From positions 1-64,000 of the forward strand of contig JAILXX010000006.1 in the NCBI GenBank assembly GCA_045430295.1: DNA of 64,000 nucleotides, read 5' to 3'. The DNA is from Cellvibrionaceae bacterium (GTDB lineage: Bacteria > Pseudomonadota > Gammaproteobacteria > Pseudomonadales > JAILXX01). Positions 31,143 through 45,072 of this stretch are shown piece after piece; position 1 is the stretch's first letter, and each line of letters begins with the position of its first letter. The position numbers and the translations under genes are program-made. The notes beneath the pieces are model-generated. The model made no database searches. It saw only the letters and a program-made list of their open reading frames with translations, and had not been told where the DNA came from.

Positions 31143-32552
31143 ATGAACGCAAATAACACTATAAATACCGATACAATTGCCGCTATTGCCACACCACCAG
31201 GTCGTGGCGGTGTTGGTATTGTGAGAATTTCTGGCCCCAAAGCTTTAACCATTGGCGAAAAAATTTGTCGGCAAAGCTTAAAAAATCGTTACGCACATTT
31301 CAGTGAATTTATTGATAGTAATGATGAAGCCCTGGATGAAGGCCTAGCCATTTATTTTCAGAATCCCAATTCATTTACCGGTGAAGATGTGGTTGAACTA
31401 CAAGGTCACGGTGGCCCTGTGATTCTCGATTGCCTTTTACGAGAAACCCTAAACTTGGGAGCACGACCTGCTAACCCGGGTGAATTTTCTGAGCGGGCAT
31501 TCTTAAACGATAAGTTAGATCTCACTCAAGCTGAAGCCATTGCAGATTTGATTGATGCCAGTTCAGAACAAGCCGCACGAAATGCTGTGCGATCACTACA
31601 GGGAAATTTCTCCAAACAAATTCATCAATTAGAAGAACAGCTGATTCAACTGCGAATCTACGTAGAAGCCGCCATCGATTTCCCTGAAGAAGAAATTGAT
31701 TTTCTCACCGATGGCAAGGTAGCCACAGACTTAAAAAACACCCTGCAACAATTGCAAAGTGTCTTTAATACGGCAAAACAAGGGGTAATTTTACAAGAAG
31801 GTATGTCCGTCGTAATTGCCGGTCGACCCAATGCGGGTAAATCCAGTTTACTCAACGCCCTTTCAGGAAGAGACAGTGCCATTGTCACGGATATCGCAGG
31901 CACCACGCGCGACGTGCTAAGGGAATATATTCAGCTAGACGGCCTACCAGTACACATTATCGATACAGCGGGACTTCGCGATGCTCCAGATGAAGTTGAA
32001 CGCATCGGTATTGAACGCGCCTGGAAAGAAATCGAGCAAGCTGACAAGGTGATACTGGTCGTAGATGCCACCACCACTGATAACTTTGACCCTCACACTA
32101 TCTGGCCGGAATTTGTGGATCGTTTACCTGAAGGTATGCCTATCACTGTCGTTGCTAATAAAGCAGATTTGTCCGGTCACAGCATTGGCTTACATAATGG
32201 TGGTTTACAAGTCACAGAGGCTTCACAGAATAAAGAACAAACACCTGTAATACATATCAGCGCCAAAAGTGGCGAAGGCTTAGCGCAATTAGAATCCCAT
32301 TTAAAACAAGCCATGGGATATCAAGGAGCCACTGAAGGCGGCTTTACGGCACGCCGCCGCCATATCCAAGCCTTGGAACAAGCACTGCAATTATTAAAAA
32401 CCGGTGAAGAACAATTACTGGGGAGTGGTGCAGGCGAACTACTGGCCGAAGACTTACGACAAGCTCAACAGTTTTTAGGAGAGATTACCGGTGAATTCAG
32501 TGCTGATGAATTGCTTGGCAGAATCTTTTCTAGTTTTTGTATTGGGAAATAA
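31143..32552 (+). CDS. mnmE: tRNA modification GTPase MnmE (TrmE)
   Basis: G1 [10 protein letters not shown]3 DTAG, C-terminal CIGK. A TTG at 31140 is also possible. Confidence 0.93.
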   Translation: MNANNTINTDTIAAIATPPGRGGVGIVRISGPKALTIGEKICRQSLKNRYAHFSEFIDSNDEALDEGLAIYFQNPNSFTGEDVVELQGHGGPVILDCLLRETLNLGARPANPGEFSERAFLNDKLDLTQAEAIADLIDASSEQAARNAVRSLQGNFSKQIHQLEEQLIQLRIYVEAAIDFPEEEIDFLTDGKVATDLKNTLQQLQSVFNTAKQGVILQEGMSVVIAGRPNAGKSSLLNALSGRDSAIVTDIAGTTRDVLREYIQLDGLPVHIIDTAGLRDAPDEVERIGIERAWKEIEQADKVILVVDATTTDNFDPHTIWPEFVDRLPEGMPITVVANKADLSGHSIGLHNGGLQVTEASQNKEQTPVIHISAKSGEGLAQLESHLKQAMGYQGATEGGFTARRRHIQALEQALQLLKTGEEQLLGSGAGELLAEDLRQAQQFLGEITGEFSADELLGRIFSSFCIGK

Positions 32553-32569
32553 TTAAATACCACAAATTT

Positions 32570-32656
32570 TGTCATCCTGAGCGCAGTGAAGGATCTCTTA
32601 AAGGCTACTCCGGACTTTTCAAAAGATCCCTCAATTCGTCCATAGACGGGATGACA
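32570..32656. repeat. 87-bp imperfect palindromic (hairpin) element in the mnmE-mnmG intergenic region
   Basis: Outer stem TGTCATCC...GGATGACA; inner GGATCTCTT/AAAGATCC. Shares the GAGCGCAG core with the palindromic elements at 52187 and 63036. Confidence 0.5.
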
Positions 32657-33186
32657 GATGTCCACTTAACAACAAATTACCAGACTATTCCCCGCTTACC
32701 CAAATCTTATTCAATGACTTACCCACAGCTTGCTTAAAGAATCAGCAGAAAATAGCCTAAGAAGAATAAGGTGTGAATTGCAGGCTGATTAGCTCCGGAT
32801 AAATCAGCCACTTAATCACAGAGCAATGACGAGAAATGAGAAGAGTTATTTTCATCCAAGATTAATCACCAGCTAAATTGAGTATAAAAGCAAGGGATAC
32901 ACAGGCATTATCAACCGAATATTTTCTTTATAAATCAATAGGTTAATTGAGTTACTAACAGAAATCAGCCCCTTTAATAATAATAACTTCTAAATAAATA
33001 CATATATATACATTATCTATATATACATATTTTCTTTATTTAAACCCTTCTCAAGAGCCTCTTAAATCCCATCCTAAATTACCCCGTTTACTTTTTGATC
33101 ACCTGAAAAACCGCCGCTATAATGTGCGCCCTTTTTTCTAATACCTTGTGTTTCTCACAAGCTTTAGCATGACTTGAGACCCTTTC

Positions 33187-35085
33187 ATGGATTACCCAAA
33201 GAACTACGATGTGATTGTGATTGGCGGTGGCCACGCTGGTACCGAAGCTGCACTGGCAGCAGCCCGCATGGGTGTTCGTACCCTATTGCTGACCCACAAC
33301 ATCGAAACTTTAGGGCAAATGTCCTGTAATCCAGCCATTGGCGGTATTGGTAAGAGCCACCTGGTAAAAGAGATCGATGCCTTAGGTGGTGCGATGGCAA
33401 CGGCTACCGATAAAGGCGGTATTCAATTTCGGGTACTGAACAGCCGCAAAGGCCCTGCAGTGAGGGCGACTCGGGCACAGGCGGATCGTATTCTTTACAA
33501 AGCCGCCATTCGGGAGATTTTGGAAAACCAGCCAAATTTGGATATCTTCCAACAACCTGTTGTAGACCTTATGGTGGAAGGCGAAACCGTAAAAGGTGCT
33601 GTGACCCAGATGGGAGTTAAGTTCTATGCCCCTTCTGTGGTGTTAACCGCAGGCACCTTCCTGGCAGGACAAATTCATATTGGTTTAGAGAACTATGCAG
33701 GTGGTCGTGCCGGTGATCCACCTGCCAGATCACTGGCTCACCGCTTACGGGAAATGCCCTTCCGTATCGAGCGTTTAAAAACGGGAACCCCTCCGCGTAT
33801 TGATGCCCGCTCTGTGAATTTCGACGGTTTAGACGAGCAACCAGGCGATACGCCAACGCCGGTGATGTCATTTTTAGGCAAGCAGGAAGATCATCCGCAA
33901 CAAATCAGTTGTTGGATTACTCACACCAATGCCCGTACCCATGAAATTATTCAAGGTGGTTTGGATCGCTCTCCCATGTACACAGGCGTGATTGAAGGTA
34001 TTGGCCCCCGTTATTGCCCATCCATCGAAGATAAAATTCACCGTTTTGCAGACAAAGATAGCCATCAGGTATTTATCGAGCCTGAAGGTTTAACCACACA
34101 TGAGCTGTACCCTAATGGCATTTCCACCAGCTTGCCGTTTGATGTGCAGTTAGATCTTGTTCACTCCATTAAAGGTTTTGAAAATGCACACATAACCCGT
34201 CCAGGTTATGCCATTGAGTACGATTTTTTTAACCCGCAAGATTTAAAATATTCACTGGAAACCAAATTTATTTCCGGTTTATTTTTTGCAGGGCAAATTA
34301 ACGGCACCACCGGTTACGAAGAAGCCGGTGCTCAAGGTTTATTGGCGGGTTTAAACGCAGCATTACTGGTTCAGCAAAAAGACCCTTGGTGCCCACGTCG
34401 CGACGAAGCCTACATCGGTGTATTGGTAGATGATCTAATTACCTTAGGTACACAAGAACCTTACCGTATGTTTACCAGTCGTGCGGAATACCGCTTGTTG
34501 TTGCGAGAAGACAATGCGGATTTGCGTTTAACGGAAAAAGGTCGTGAACTTGGGCTAATTGACGATATTCGCTGGCAAGCATTCTGTGAAAAACGTGAAG
34601 CCATTGAGCAAGAACAGCAGCGTTTAGCTTCTACCTGGATTGTGCCCAACACACCCGAGGCAGAAAAAGTAAACGCCATGATCGACTCGCCATTGAGTCG
34701 GGAATACAGTTTGGCAGATTTATTAAAACGTCCACAGCTGAGTTATGAAAAAATCTCTGACCTTAAAGGTGAGAAAGTCTCTGACCCTCAAGTGGCTGAG
34801 CAAGTAGAAATTTCAGCAAAGTACGCGGGTTATATTGATCGTCAGCAAGAAGAAGTTGAGCGCTTGCGTCGCAGTGAAAATACTAAGATTCCACACAACT
34901 TTGACTACGAAAAAGTAAAAGGCCTTTCTAACGAAGTGAAACAAAAGTTGAAAGATGCCAAACCGGAAACCTTGGGTCGCGCTAGTCGTATTCCTGGTGT
35001 AACACCGGCAGCTGTTTCACTGGTGTTAATTTATCTTAAAAAATATGGTAACAATTGCTTAACCCAAGAGGCGGATGCTTCCTGA
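33187..35085 (+). CDS. mnmG: tRNA uridine 5-carboxymethylaminomethyl modification enzyme MnmG (GidA)
   Basis: FAD-binding [14 protein letters not shown]. 632 aa. Confidence 0.95.
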   Translation: MDYPKNYDVIVIGGGHAGTEAALAAARMGVRTLLLTHNIETLGQMSCNPAIGGIGKSHLVKEIDALGGAMATATDKGGIQFRVLNSRKGPAVRATRAQADRILYKAAIREILENQPNLDIFQQPVVDLMVEGETVKGAVTQMGVKFYAPSVVLTAGTFLAGQIHIGLENYAGGRAGDPPARSLAHRLREMPFRIERLKTGTPPRIDARSVNFDGLDEQPGDTPTPVMSFLGKQEDHPQQISCWITHTNARTHEIIQGGLDRSPMYTGVIEGIGPRYCPSIEDKIHRFADKDSHQVFIEPEGLTTHELYPNGISTSLPFDVQLDLVHSIKGFENAHITRPGYAIEYDFFNPQDLKYSLETKFISGLFFAGQINGTTGYEEAGAQGLLAGLNAALLVQQKDPWCPRRDEAYIGVLVDDLITLGTQEPYRMFTSRAEYRLLLREDNADLRLTEKGRELGLIDDIRWQAFCEKREAIEQEQQRLASTWIVPNTPEAEKVNAMIDSPLSREYSLADLLKRPQLSYEKISDLKGEKVSDPQVAEQVEISAKYAGYIDRQQEEVERLRRSENTKIPHNFDYEKVKGLSNEVKQKLKDAKPETLGRASRIPGVTPAAVSLVLIYLKKYGNNCLTQEADAS

Positions 35086-35750
35086 TGCAGGCGATTAATT
35101 CACAGCAAATAGAAAAATTACAAAAAGAATTAAACCGTGGTTGTGAAACATTGGAACTCACTCCCACGGAAGAACAAAAACGATTACTACTGAATTATTT
35201 ACAACTGTTAAATAAATGGAATAAAGCCTATAACCTCACCGCGATTCGCGATATTGAGGAAATGGTTTCTCGTCACTTGTTAGACAGTTTGGCCGTCGCA
35301 AAATTTATAAAATCCGAAAATTATATCGATGTGGGAACAGGTCCAGGTTTACCTGGTATCCCTTTAGCCATTTTATTTTCCGAAAAGCACTTTACCCTGC
35401 TAGACAGCAACAGTAAGAAAACCCGGTTTTTATTTCAGGCAAAAACTGAACTGAAATTGGACAATATTGAAGTTGTGCATAGCCGGGTAGAAAAATTTCA
35501 GCCCCCTGCCCATTTGGCAAAAGGTGGTTTCGATGGGGTGTTGAGTCGAGCTTTTGCCACCTTAGAAGATATGGTGAACTGGTGCCACCACCTCCCCCAT
35601 GAAAACGGCTGTTTCTTGGCCATGAAAGGGAAATTCCCTGAAGAAGAGATTTCTCAGTTGCCAAAAGGGGTCAAAGTCGCCCAAACTTACCCTCTTCCGG
35701 TTCCCGGCGAAGAAGGCGAAAGGCATCTGGTAGAGATCGAACGGGATTGA
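35085..35750 (+). CDS. rsmG: 16S rRNA m7G527 methyltransferase RsmG (GidB)
   Basis: ATG overlaps the mnmG stop (TGATG). SAM-binding motif [15 protein letters not shown]. Confidence 0.9.
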   Translation: MQAINSQQIEKLQKELNRGCETLELTPTEEQKRLLLNYLQLLNKWNKAYNLTAIRDIEEMVSRHLLDSLAVAKFIKSENYIDVGTGPGLPGIPLAILFSEKHFTLLDSNSKKTRFLFQAKTELKLDNIEVVHSRVEKFQPPAHLAKGGFDGVLSRAFATLEDMVNWCHHLPHENGCFLAMKGKFPEEEISQLPKGVKVAQTYPLPVPGEEGERHLVEIERD

Positions 35751-35786
35751 TCAAGCACTGAACCGGTGCACACGAGGCAGTTATTT

Positions 35787-36578
35787 ATGACCAAAATTCT
35801 AACCATCGCAAACCAAAAAGGCGGGGTGGGTAAAACTACCACCAGTATTAATCTGTCCGCCTCCCTGGCTGCCACCAAAAAACGCGCGTTGTTAGTGGAT
35901 CTCGATCCTCAAGGAAATGCCACTATGGGCAGCGGCGTTGATAAGCACGAATTGAATTTCTCGGTTTACGATGTGTTGGTGGGCGAATGCGGCATTGAAG
36001 ATGCCATTGTCAGTGTTGAAGAATCCGGTTTCGATGTATTGCCTGCCAATGGCGATTTAACCGCTGCAGAAGTGGAATTGCTGGAATTGGATAACCGTGA
36101 GCGCCGTCTTCGGGATGCACTGAATCAAGTGAAAAATGATTACGACTACATTGTGATCGACTGCCCACCCTCTTTGAATATGCTCACGGTAAACGGACTG
36201 TCTGCCTGTAACGGTGTCATCGTGCCTATGCAGTGTGAGTACTATGCCCTGGAGGGTTTGTCTGCCCTGTTAGAAACCATTCAACAGGTGGCTGACGTAT
36301 TGAATCCAGAGGCTCAGATCGAAGGCATTTTGAGAACCATGTACGACCCTAGGAATAGTTTGACGGCAGATGTTACAGAGCAGCTAACGGAATTCTTCGG
36401 TGACAAGCTCTATCGCACCTGTATCCCGCGCAATGTCCGCTTGGCAGAAGCACCCAGTCACGGCACTCCTGTACTTCAGTACGATAAAACCTGCAAAGGG
36501 GCTACTGCCTACCTGGCCTGGACGGGTGAAATTTTGCGCAGAGCAGAAAAGCAAGAGCCCTTGGCAGAGCCTGCTTAA
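35787..36578 (+). CDS. parA: Chromosome partitioning ATPase ParA (Soj)
   Basis: Deviant Walker A KGGVGKTT. GAGG lies 9 nt upstream of the ATG at 35787. The track start at 35766 is a GTG. Confidence 0.9.
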   Translation: MTKILTIANQKGGVGKTTTSINLSASLAATKKRALLVDLDPQGNATMGSGVDKHELNFSVYDVLVGECGIEDAIVSVEESGFDVLPANGDLTAAEVELLELDNRERRLRDALNQVKNDYDYIVIDCPPSLNMLTVNGLSACNGVIVPMQCEYYALEGLSALLETIQQVADVLNPEAQIEGILRTMYDPRNSLTADVTEQLTEFFGDKLYRTCIPRNVRLAEAPSHGTPVLQYDKTCKGATAYLAWTGEILRRAEKQEPLAEPA

Positions 36579-36628
36579 AGATTAAAACGGAACAAGTGTC
36601 ACAATTTTTATTATAAACGAGATGAATA

Positions 36629-37570
36629 ATGGCAAAGCGTAAAGGCTTGGGGAAAGGGTTAGGCGCGCTGATGAAAGGCGCGTCGGTGGCCGCATCAGCA
36701 CAGGAAAATACCAACACTTTACAGGCGGAAGCCGCCGAAGACATCAGTGTTGGCCAGGCCGTAGAAGCAGTGACCAGTAACGACCGCTTACGTGATTTGC
36801 CGGTAGAATTTTTGCAGCGGGGTAAGTATCAACCCCGTCGCGATATGCACCCAGAAGCGTTGGAAGAATTAGCGGAATCTATCCGCGCCCAAGGGGTGAT
36901 GCAGCCCATTGTGGTCCGCCCAATTAACAAGGGCAGTGGCGAAGAAAAATACGAAATTATTGCCGGTGAACGTCGCTGGCGAGCTTCACAATTAGCGGAG
37001 CTAGAGAAGGTTCCCTGTGTTATTCGTGATGTACCGGATGAAGCTGCCGTGGCTATGGCACTCATCGAGAATATTCAGCGGGAAGACCTTAACCCCATTG
37101 AAGAAGCCATGGCATTGCAAAGGCTACAGCGTGAGTTTGAACTTACTCACCAAGAAGTAGCTGAGGCTGTTGGCAAGTCCAGAACCACGGTGACAAACCT
37201 ACTGCGTCTGATGAATCTGCCGGATGATGTACGCACAATGTTGGAGCACGGTGACTTGGAAATGGGTCACGCCCGCTGCTTGCTAACACTGGATGCAGAC
37301 CAAGCTCGCAATGCTGCTCGCCAGGTTGTTTCTCGCGGTTTATCCGTTCGTCAAACAGAAGCGTTAGTGCGTCGATTACAACAAGAAAAAGAGTCACCGA
37401 CGGCAGCCCCTCAGAAGCTCGATCCCGATATTAAAGCCCTTCAAGATAAGTTATCAGAAACCATCGGTGTGCCGGTTCAAATTCAGCACGGAGCCAAAGG
37501 CAAAGGTAAGTTAGTTTTAAAATACAGCAGCTTGGATGAGCTGGATGGCATCCTTAATCACATAAAATAA
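36629..37570 (+). CDS. parB: Chromosome partitioning protein ParB (Spo0J)
   Basis: ParB box GERRWRA and an HTH. 313 aa. Confidence 0.93.
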   Translation: MAKRKGLGKGLGALMKGASVAASAQENTNTLQAEAAEDISVGQAVEAVTSNDRLRDLPVEFLQRGKYQPRRDMHPEALEELAESIRAQGVMQPIVVRPINKGSGEEKYEIIAGERRWRASQLAELEKVPCVIRDVPDEAAVAMALIENIQREDLNPIEEAMALQRLQREFELTHQEVAEAVGKSRTTVTNLLRLMNLPDDVRTMLEHGDLEMGHARCLLTLDADQARNAARQVVSRGLSVRQTEALVRRLQQEKESPTAAPQKLDPDIKALQDKLSETIGVPVQIQHGAKGKGKLVLKYSSLDELDGILNHIK

Positions 37571-37785
37571 ATTGTATAAAAAACAAGCAATGCACCATCT
37601 TGATTCATCCTATATTTGCATTGCTTATCGTACTTGTTAGACCTATAATCCGCGTCGCTTACTGCCTGCCCAAAACAGGCGTAAGTGCTATAGGTAAAAA
37701 TCAGTTGAGAGATAGTCGGCCTGGTTGGCGTTAGGAAATAACCCTAGAAAGTGAACCAGAGTGTCGGCCAAAAAGGGTAATCCTT

Positions 37786-38166
37786 ATGGCGGGCATTAAG
37801 CGGCCTCCCATTCACCGTATATTTTTTGTTCAGTTTGCAGTTTGGTGTGTTCTCCTAATTGCTCTGGTCTTTCGCGGTGAAACGGCAGTGATTTCCGGTA
37901 TCTTTGGCGGCGCCATCGCGCTAGTGCCCTCGCTGTTATTTGCCCGTTATGCGTTTCGATACATGGGAGCCAGTCAGGCTGCAGATGTCGCCAAATCTTT
38001 TTACCTCGGTGAAGGGATCAAACTGGTTGTGACCATCTTGGGTTTTGCCCTGGTGTTCAAATACATGCCCCATGTGGATGTCGCCGCATTATTTGGAATT
38101 TACGGCATTTTGATTGTGGTTCAGTTGCGTGTTGCAGCAGGCTTTAATCGAAATGCGCAAAGCTAA
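37786..38166 (+). CDS. atpI: ATP synthase protein I
   Basis: Small hydrophobic protein at the head of the atp operon. Confidence 0.7.
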   Translation: MAGIKRPPIHRIFFVQFAVWCVLLIALVFRGETAVISGIFGGAIALVPSLLFARYAFRYMGASQAADVAKSFYLGEGIKLVVTILGFALVFKYMPHVDVAALFGIYGILIVVQLRVAAGFNRNAQS

Positions 38167-38181
38167 CCACAACAGATTTAA

Positions 38182-39081
<900 letters not shown>

Positions 39082-39133
39082 GAATTTTTTAACCAGTTTT
39101 TTAATAAAAACTTAACTTTAAACTTTAACTTAA

Positions 39134-39412
<279 letters not shown>

Positions 39413-39471
39413 GATCAGACCGCAATTTAATATTAGTGAATTTTTCGATTAACTGACGAGAGGGTACAAGC

Positions 39472-39942
39472 GTGAACTTCAACGCAACTCTAATCGGCCA
39501 AACAATAGCATTTATCGTCTTCATCATTTTTTGTATGAAGTATGTGTGGCCACCTATCGTCACTGCCATGGCTGAGCGCCAAAAGAAGATTGCTGAAGGT
39601 TTGGAAGCCGCCGATCGTGCAGAGCGCGATTTGGAACTGGCCCAGCAAAAAGCGTCTGAGCAAATGCGCGAAGCTAAAGAGCAAGCGGCAGGCATTATCG
39701 ATCAAGCCAACAAACGCGCTAACCAAATCGTGGACGAAGCTAAAGAAAAAGCCCGCGAAGAAGGTGACCGCCTGAAAGCTGCCGCACAGGCAGACATTGA
39801 ACAAGAAGTGAATCGCGCTAAAGAAGAACTGCGTAGCAAAGTAGCTACTCTGGTTCTGACTGGTGCCGAGCAAGTGCTCGAATCTTCTGTTGATGCTCAG
39901 GCTCACGCGCAGTTGGTAGATAAACTGTCCGCACAGCTCTAA
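39472..39942 (+). CDS. atpF: F0F1 ATP synthase subunit b
   Basis: GTG start, N-terminal TM, long charged helix. Confidence 0.9.
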   Translation: MNFNATLIGQTIAFIVFIIFCMKYVWPPIVTAMAERQKKIAEGLEAADRAERDLELAQQKASEQMREAKEQAAGIIDQANKRANQIVDEAKEKAREEGDRLKAAAQADIEQEVNRAKEELRSKVATLVLTGAEQVLESSVDAQAHAQLVDKLSAQL

Positions 39943-39952
39943 AGCGAGGTAG

Positions 39953-40492
39953 ATGATGGCTGAATTGACTACCTTGGCTCGCCCCTACGCAAAAGCAGCT
40001 TTTGAATTTGCAGCGGCGGGTGGCAAATTGCAAGATTGGTCGAAGCAATTGGGTTTGTTAGCAGTATTAAGTGTGGAAGACACAGTTCAAAAACTGTTGT
40101 CGGCCCCAGCGAAAACTGCAGAGCAAAAAGCTCAAGCTTTGATCGATGTGTGCGGTGACGAATTGTCTAAAGAAGCCGGCAACTTTGTTCGCAATATGGC
40201 GAGCAATAACCGCTTGGCACTGTTGCCTCAGGTATGTGGCTTGTTCGATATTTTTAAAGCGAATCAGGAAAAGTCAGTTGATGTTGAGCTGACAACTGCA
40301 TTCGAATTAAGTAGTGAGCAAGAGCAAAAACTGGCACAAGCTTTACAAACCAAGTTGGAGCGCAGCGTAAATCTGCAAGCTTCAGTTGATAAATCATTAC
40401 TTGGTGGTGTGTTAGTACGTGCAGGCGACACAGTAATTGACGGCTCCATTCGTGGTCGTTTGGCAAAATTGGCGGAAACTTTAGCCGCTTAA
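39953..40492 (+). CDS. atpH: F0F1 ATP synthase subunit delta
   Basis: [13 protein letters not shown] is the OSCP/delta N-terminus. Confidence 0.9.
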   Translation: MMAELTTLARPYAKAAFEFAAAGGKLQDWSKQLGLLAVLSVEDTVQKLLSAPAKTAEQKAQALIDVCGDELSKEAGNFVRNMASNNRLALLPQVCGLFDIFKANQEKSVDVELTTAFELSSEQEQKLAQALQTKLERSVNLQASVDKSLLGGVLVRAGDTVIDGSIRGRLAKLAETLAA

Positions 40493-40517
40493 ATCAGGAT
40501 TTTGAGGAAACAGAGCA

Positions 40518-42062
40518 ATGCAGCAACTGAACCCCTCTGAAATCAGTGAGATCATCAAGCAGCGTATTGAGTCGCTTGATGTCGCTACTGAAGCCAAAAA
40601 TGAAGGCTCGGTAGTATCTGTATCTGACGGTATTGTTCGCATCCACGGCTTGGCCGATGTGATGTATGGTGAAATGATCGAGTTCGAAGGTGGTGTCTAT
40701 GGTATGGCACTTAACCTTGAGCGCGATTCTGTAGGTGCGGTAGTTCTGGGCAGCGCCCAGGGTCTGGCTGAAGGTCAGAAAGCTACTTGTACCGGTCGTA
40801 TTTTGGAAGTACCTATAGGCCCTGAATTATTGGGTCGCGTTGTAGACGCATTAGGTAACCCAATTGACGGAAAAGGCCCTATCGACGCGAAGTTAACCGA
40901 TGCAATTGAAAAAGTTGCCCCGGGCGTGATTGAGCGTAAGTCTGTTGATGAGCCCGTTGAAACTGGTTATAAAGCCGTTGACTCCATGGTGCCAATTGGT
41001 CGTGGTCAACGTGAGTTGATCATTGGCGACCGTCAAACCGGTAAAACAGCGGTGGCTATTGATGCCATCATCAACCAGAAGCATTCAGGCATTAAGTGTA
41101 TTTACGTTGCTATCGGTCAAAAGCAATCTTCTATTGCTAACGTTGTACGTAAGCTGGAAGAGCACGGTGCAATGGAATACACCACGGTTGTTGCCGCTGG
41201 TGCTGCTGACCCTGCTTCTATGCAGTTCTTGTCAGCCTATTCTGGTTGTACTATGGGTGAATACTTCCGCGATCGCGGTGAAGACGCTTTGATAATTTAT
41301 GATGACTTGACCAAGCAAGCTTGGGCATATCGTCAAACTTCTCTGTTGTTACGTCGTCCTCCAGGACGTGAAGCGTACCCAGGTGACGTTTTCTACTTGC
41401 ACTCTCGTCTGTTAGAGCGCGCCTCTCGCGTAAATGCTGACTACGTTGAAAAATTCACTAACGGTGAAGTAAAAGGTCAGACAGGTTCTTTGACTGCTCT
41501 GCCAATTATTGAAACCCAAGGTGGTGACGTATCTGCATTCGTACCAACTAACGTAATTTCGATTACAGACGGTCAGATCTTCTTGGAAACTGACTTGTTC
41601 AACGCCGGTATCCGTCCTGCGATGAACGCCGGTATTTCGGTATCTCGTGTAGGTGGTGCAGCGCAAACTAAAGTGATCAAGAAGTTGGGCGGTGGTATTC
41701 GTCTGGCACTGGCTCAGTATCGTGAATTGGCGGCTTTCGCACAGTTCGCATCTGACCTTGATGAAGCAACTCGTAAGCAATTGGAGCACGGTCAGCGCGT
41801 AACTGAGCTGATGAAGCAGAAGCAATATGCTCCTATGACCACGGGTGAAATCGCTATTTCTATCTTCGCGGCAGATAAAGGCTTCTTGGACGACATCGAC
41901 GTTGCCAAGATTGGTGCTTTCGAAGACGCATTGATTTCTTATATGAACAGCCAACACGCTGATCTAATGAAGAATGTAAATGAAACTGGCGCATACGATA
42001 AGGAAATCGAAGCTAGCTTCACCAGTGCTCTTGAAAACTTTAAGGCGACACAAACCTGGTAA
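40518..42062 (+). CDS. atpA: F0F1 ATP synthase subunit alpha
   Basis: Walker A GDRQTGKT. 514 aa. Confidence 0.97.
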   Translation: MQQLNPSEISEIIKQRIESLDVATEAKNEGSVVSVSDGIVRIHGLADVMYGEMIEFEGGVYGMALNLERDSVGAVVLGSAQGLAEGQKATCTGRILEVPIGPELLGRVVDALGNPIDGKGPIDAKLTDAIEKVAPGVIERKSVDEPVETGYKAVDSMVPIGRGQRELIIGDRQTGKTAVAIDAIINQKHSGIKCIYVAIGQKQSSIANVVRKLEEHGAMEYTTVVAAGAADPASMQFLSAYSGCTMGEYFRDRGEDALIIYDDLTKQAWAYRQTSLLLRRPPGREAYPGDVFYLHSRLLERASRVNADYVEKFTNGEVKGQTGSLTALPIIETQGGDVSAFVPTNVISITDGQIFLETDLFNAGIRPAMNAGISVSRVGGAAQTKVIKKLGGGIRLALAQYRELAAFAQFASDLDEATRKQLEHGQRVTELMKQKQYAPMTTGEIAISIFAADKGFLDDIDVAKIGAFEDALISYMNSQHADLMKNVNETGAYDKEIEASFTSALENFKATQTW

Positions 42063-42151
42063 GTGTGAATAAAGTGGCTTTTGTTTTAACAAATGTTTTA
42101 ACAACACAGCCACTTTATGAACAGGTTTAAAGAACATAGGTAGAGAGACTT

Positions 42152-43015
42152 ATGGCAGTCGGAGCAGAAATTAAAACGAAGATCGGCAGTGTGAAGAGCA
42201 CGCAAAAGATTACCAGTGCCATGGAAATGGTAGCTGCATCTAAAATGCGTCGTGCTCAAGATCGCATGGCTGTCGGTCGTCCCTACGCGCAGCGTATTCG
42301 CAACGTTGTAGGGCATATCGCTAACGCGACTCCGGAATACCGTCATCAATTTATGACGGAGCGCCCGGTAAAACGTGTTGGCTATATTGTGGTTTCCAGT
42401 GACCGTGGTCTTTGTGGTGGTTTGAATATCAATGTATTCAAATCTTTGATTAAAGACATGAAGCAATGGCACGACGAAAACGTAGAGATTGATCTCTGCG
42501 TAGTTGGTGCCAAAGCAGCAGCGTTTTTCAATTCATACGGTGGCAATGTAGTTGCAGCTGTTCGCGACTTGGGTGATGAGCCTTCAGCCGCAGATTTGAT
42601 TGGCTCTGTAAAGGTTATGTTGGATGCTTTCGCGGAAGGTCGTATCGACCGCTTGGATTTGGTGAGCAATGCATTTGTGAACACCATGACCCAGCAACCT
42701 ACCGTTAATCAGTTGCTACCTCTAGCAGCTGACGCGGACGATAGCTTCAAGCACCACTGGGATTATATTTACGAGCCCGATGCTCGCGAATTGTTGGATG
42801 GCTTGTTGACTCGTTACTTAGAGTCTCAGGTATACCAGGCTGTTGTTGAAAACAAAGCCTGTGAACAAGCTGCACGTATGATTGCAATGAAAAGTGCAAC
42901 CGACAACGCGGGTGAAATTATCGACGAATTGAACATGGTGTATAACAAAGCCCGTCAGGCTGCGATTACCCAGGAAATTTCTGAGATTGTTGGTGGTGCT
43001 GCGGCGATCTCTTAA
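42152..43015 (+). CDS. atpG: F0F1 ATP synthase subunit gamma
   Basis: [27 protein letters not shown]. Confidence 0.95.
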   Translation: MAVGAEIKTKIGSVKSTQKITSAMEMVAASKMRRAQDRMAVGRPYAQRIRNVVGHIANATPEYRHQFMTERPVKRVGYIVVSSDRGLCGGLNINVFKSLIKDMKQWHDENVEIDLCVVGAKAAAFFNSYGGNVVAAVRDLGDEPSAADLIGSVKVMLDAFAEGRIDRLDLVSNAFVNTMTQQPTVNQLLPLAADADDSFKHHWDYIYEPDARELLDGLLTRYLESQVYQAVVENKACEQAARMIAMKSATDNAGEIIDELNMVYNKARQAAITQEISEIVGGAAAIS

Positions 43016-44455
<1,440 letters not shown>

Positions 44456-44479
44456 TTGGCCTGAGCGAGGCAAGAGACT

Positions 44480-44908
44480 ATGTCAGCTATGACTGTACAT
44501 TGTGACATCGTTAGCGCCGAAGAAGAGATTTTCTCCGGCCTGGTAGAGATGCTGGTAGCAGCAGGGACTGAAGGTGACCTAGGTATTAACTATGGTCATG
44601 CTCCCCTGCTAACTGCATTGAACCCTGGCCCGGTGAGAATCATCAAGCAAGGCGGTGAAGAAGAAGTTTATTACGTATCTGGTGGTTACCTAGAGGTACA
44701 ACCAAACGTGGTAAATGTTCTGGCAGACACCGCTCTGCGCGCCGACGACATGGATGAAGCCGCAGCATTGGCAGCGAAGAAAGAAGCCGAGCAAGAACTG
44801 GCTAATCAAACCGGTGAGTTTGAATACTCTAAGGCCGCTAGCCAATTGGCAGAAGCCGCAGCGCAACTGCGTACGCTTCAGCAATTGCGGAGAAAGATGG
44901 GTAAGTAA
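44480..44908 (+). CDS. atpC: F0F1 ATP synthase subunit epsilon
   Basis: [20 protein letters not shown]. Confidence 0.93.
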   Translation: MSAMTVHCDIVSAEEEIFSGLVEMLVAAGTEGDLGINYGHAPLLTALNPGPVRIIKQGGEEEVYYVSGGYLEVQPNVVNVLADTALRADDMDEAAALAAKKEAEQELANQTGEFEYSKAASQLAEAAAQLRTLQQLRRKMGK

Positions 44909-44932
44909 GTACAAACCCAACTTGGCATCCGA

Positions 44933-44964
44933 AAAAGGCAGCTATTTATTAGCTGCCTTTTTTC
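44933..44964 (+). terminator. Rho-independent terminator of the atp operon
   Basis: AAGGCAGCTA/AGCTGCCTT stem followed by TTTTTCTTTCT. Confidence 0.6.
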
Positions 44965-45072
44965 TTTCTGCTAGGAAATAGGGAATTAATAAGCGCGACA
45001 TTGAAGTTTTGTTATGCTGGCTTTCCCTTTAAACTAAGCCACTTAAAGACTAACGGATATAAAGAGAAAACC

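Noticed and set aside
32465-32737. Two overlapping 66-aa ORFs (+ and -) in the mnmE-mnmG gap
   Set aside because: They are generated by the palindromic repeat element. Mirror-image ORFs on both strands are typical artefacts of inverted repeats.
45001-45072. N-terminal 24-codon extension of glmU on the ORF track (MKFCYAGFPFKLSHLKTNGYKEKT)
   Set aside because: Conserved GlmU begins at MAVDVVILAAGKGTRM. The extension has no RBS and overlaps the atp terminator region.
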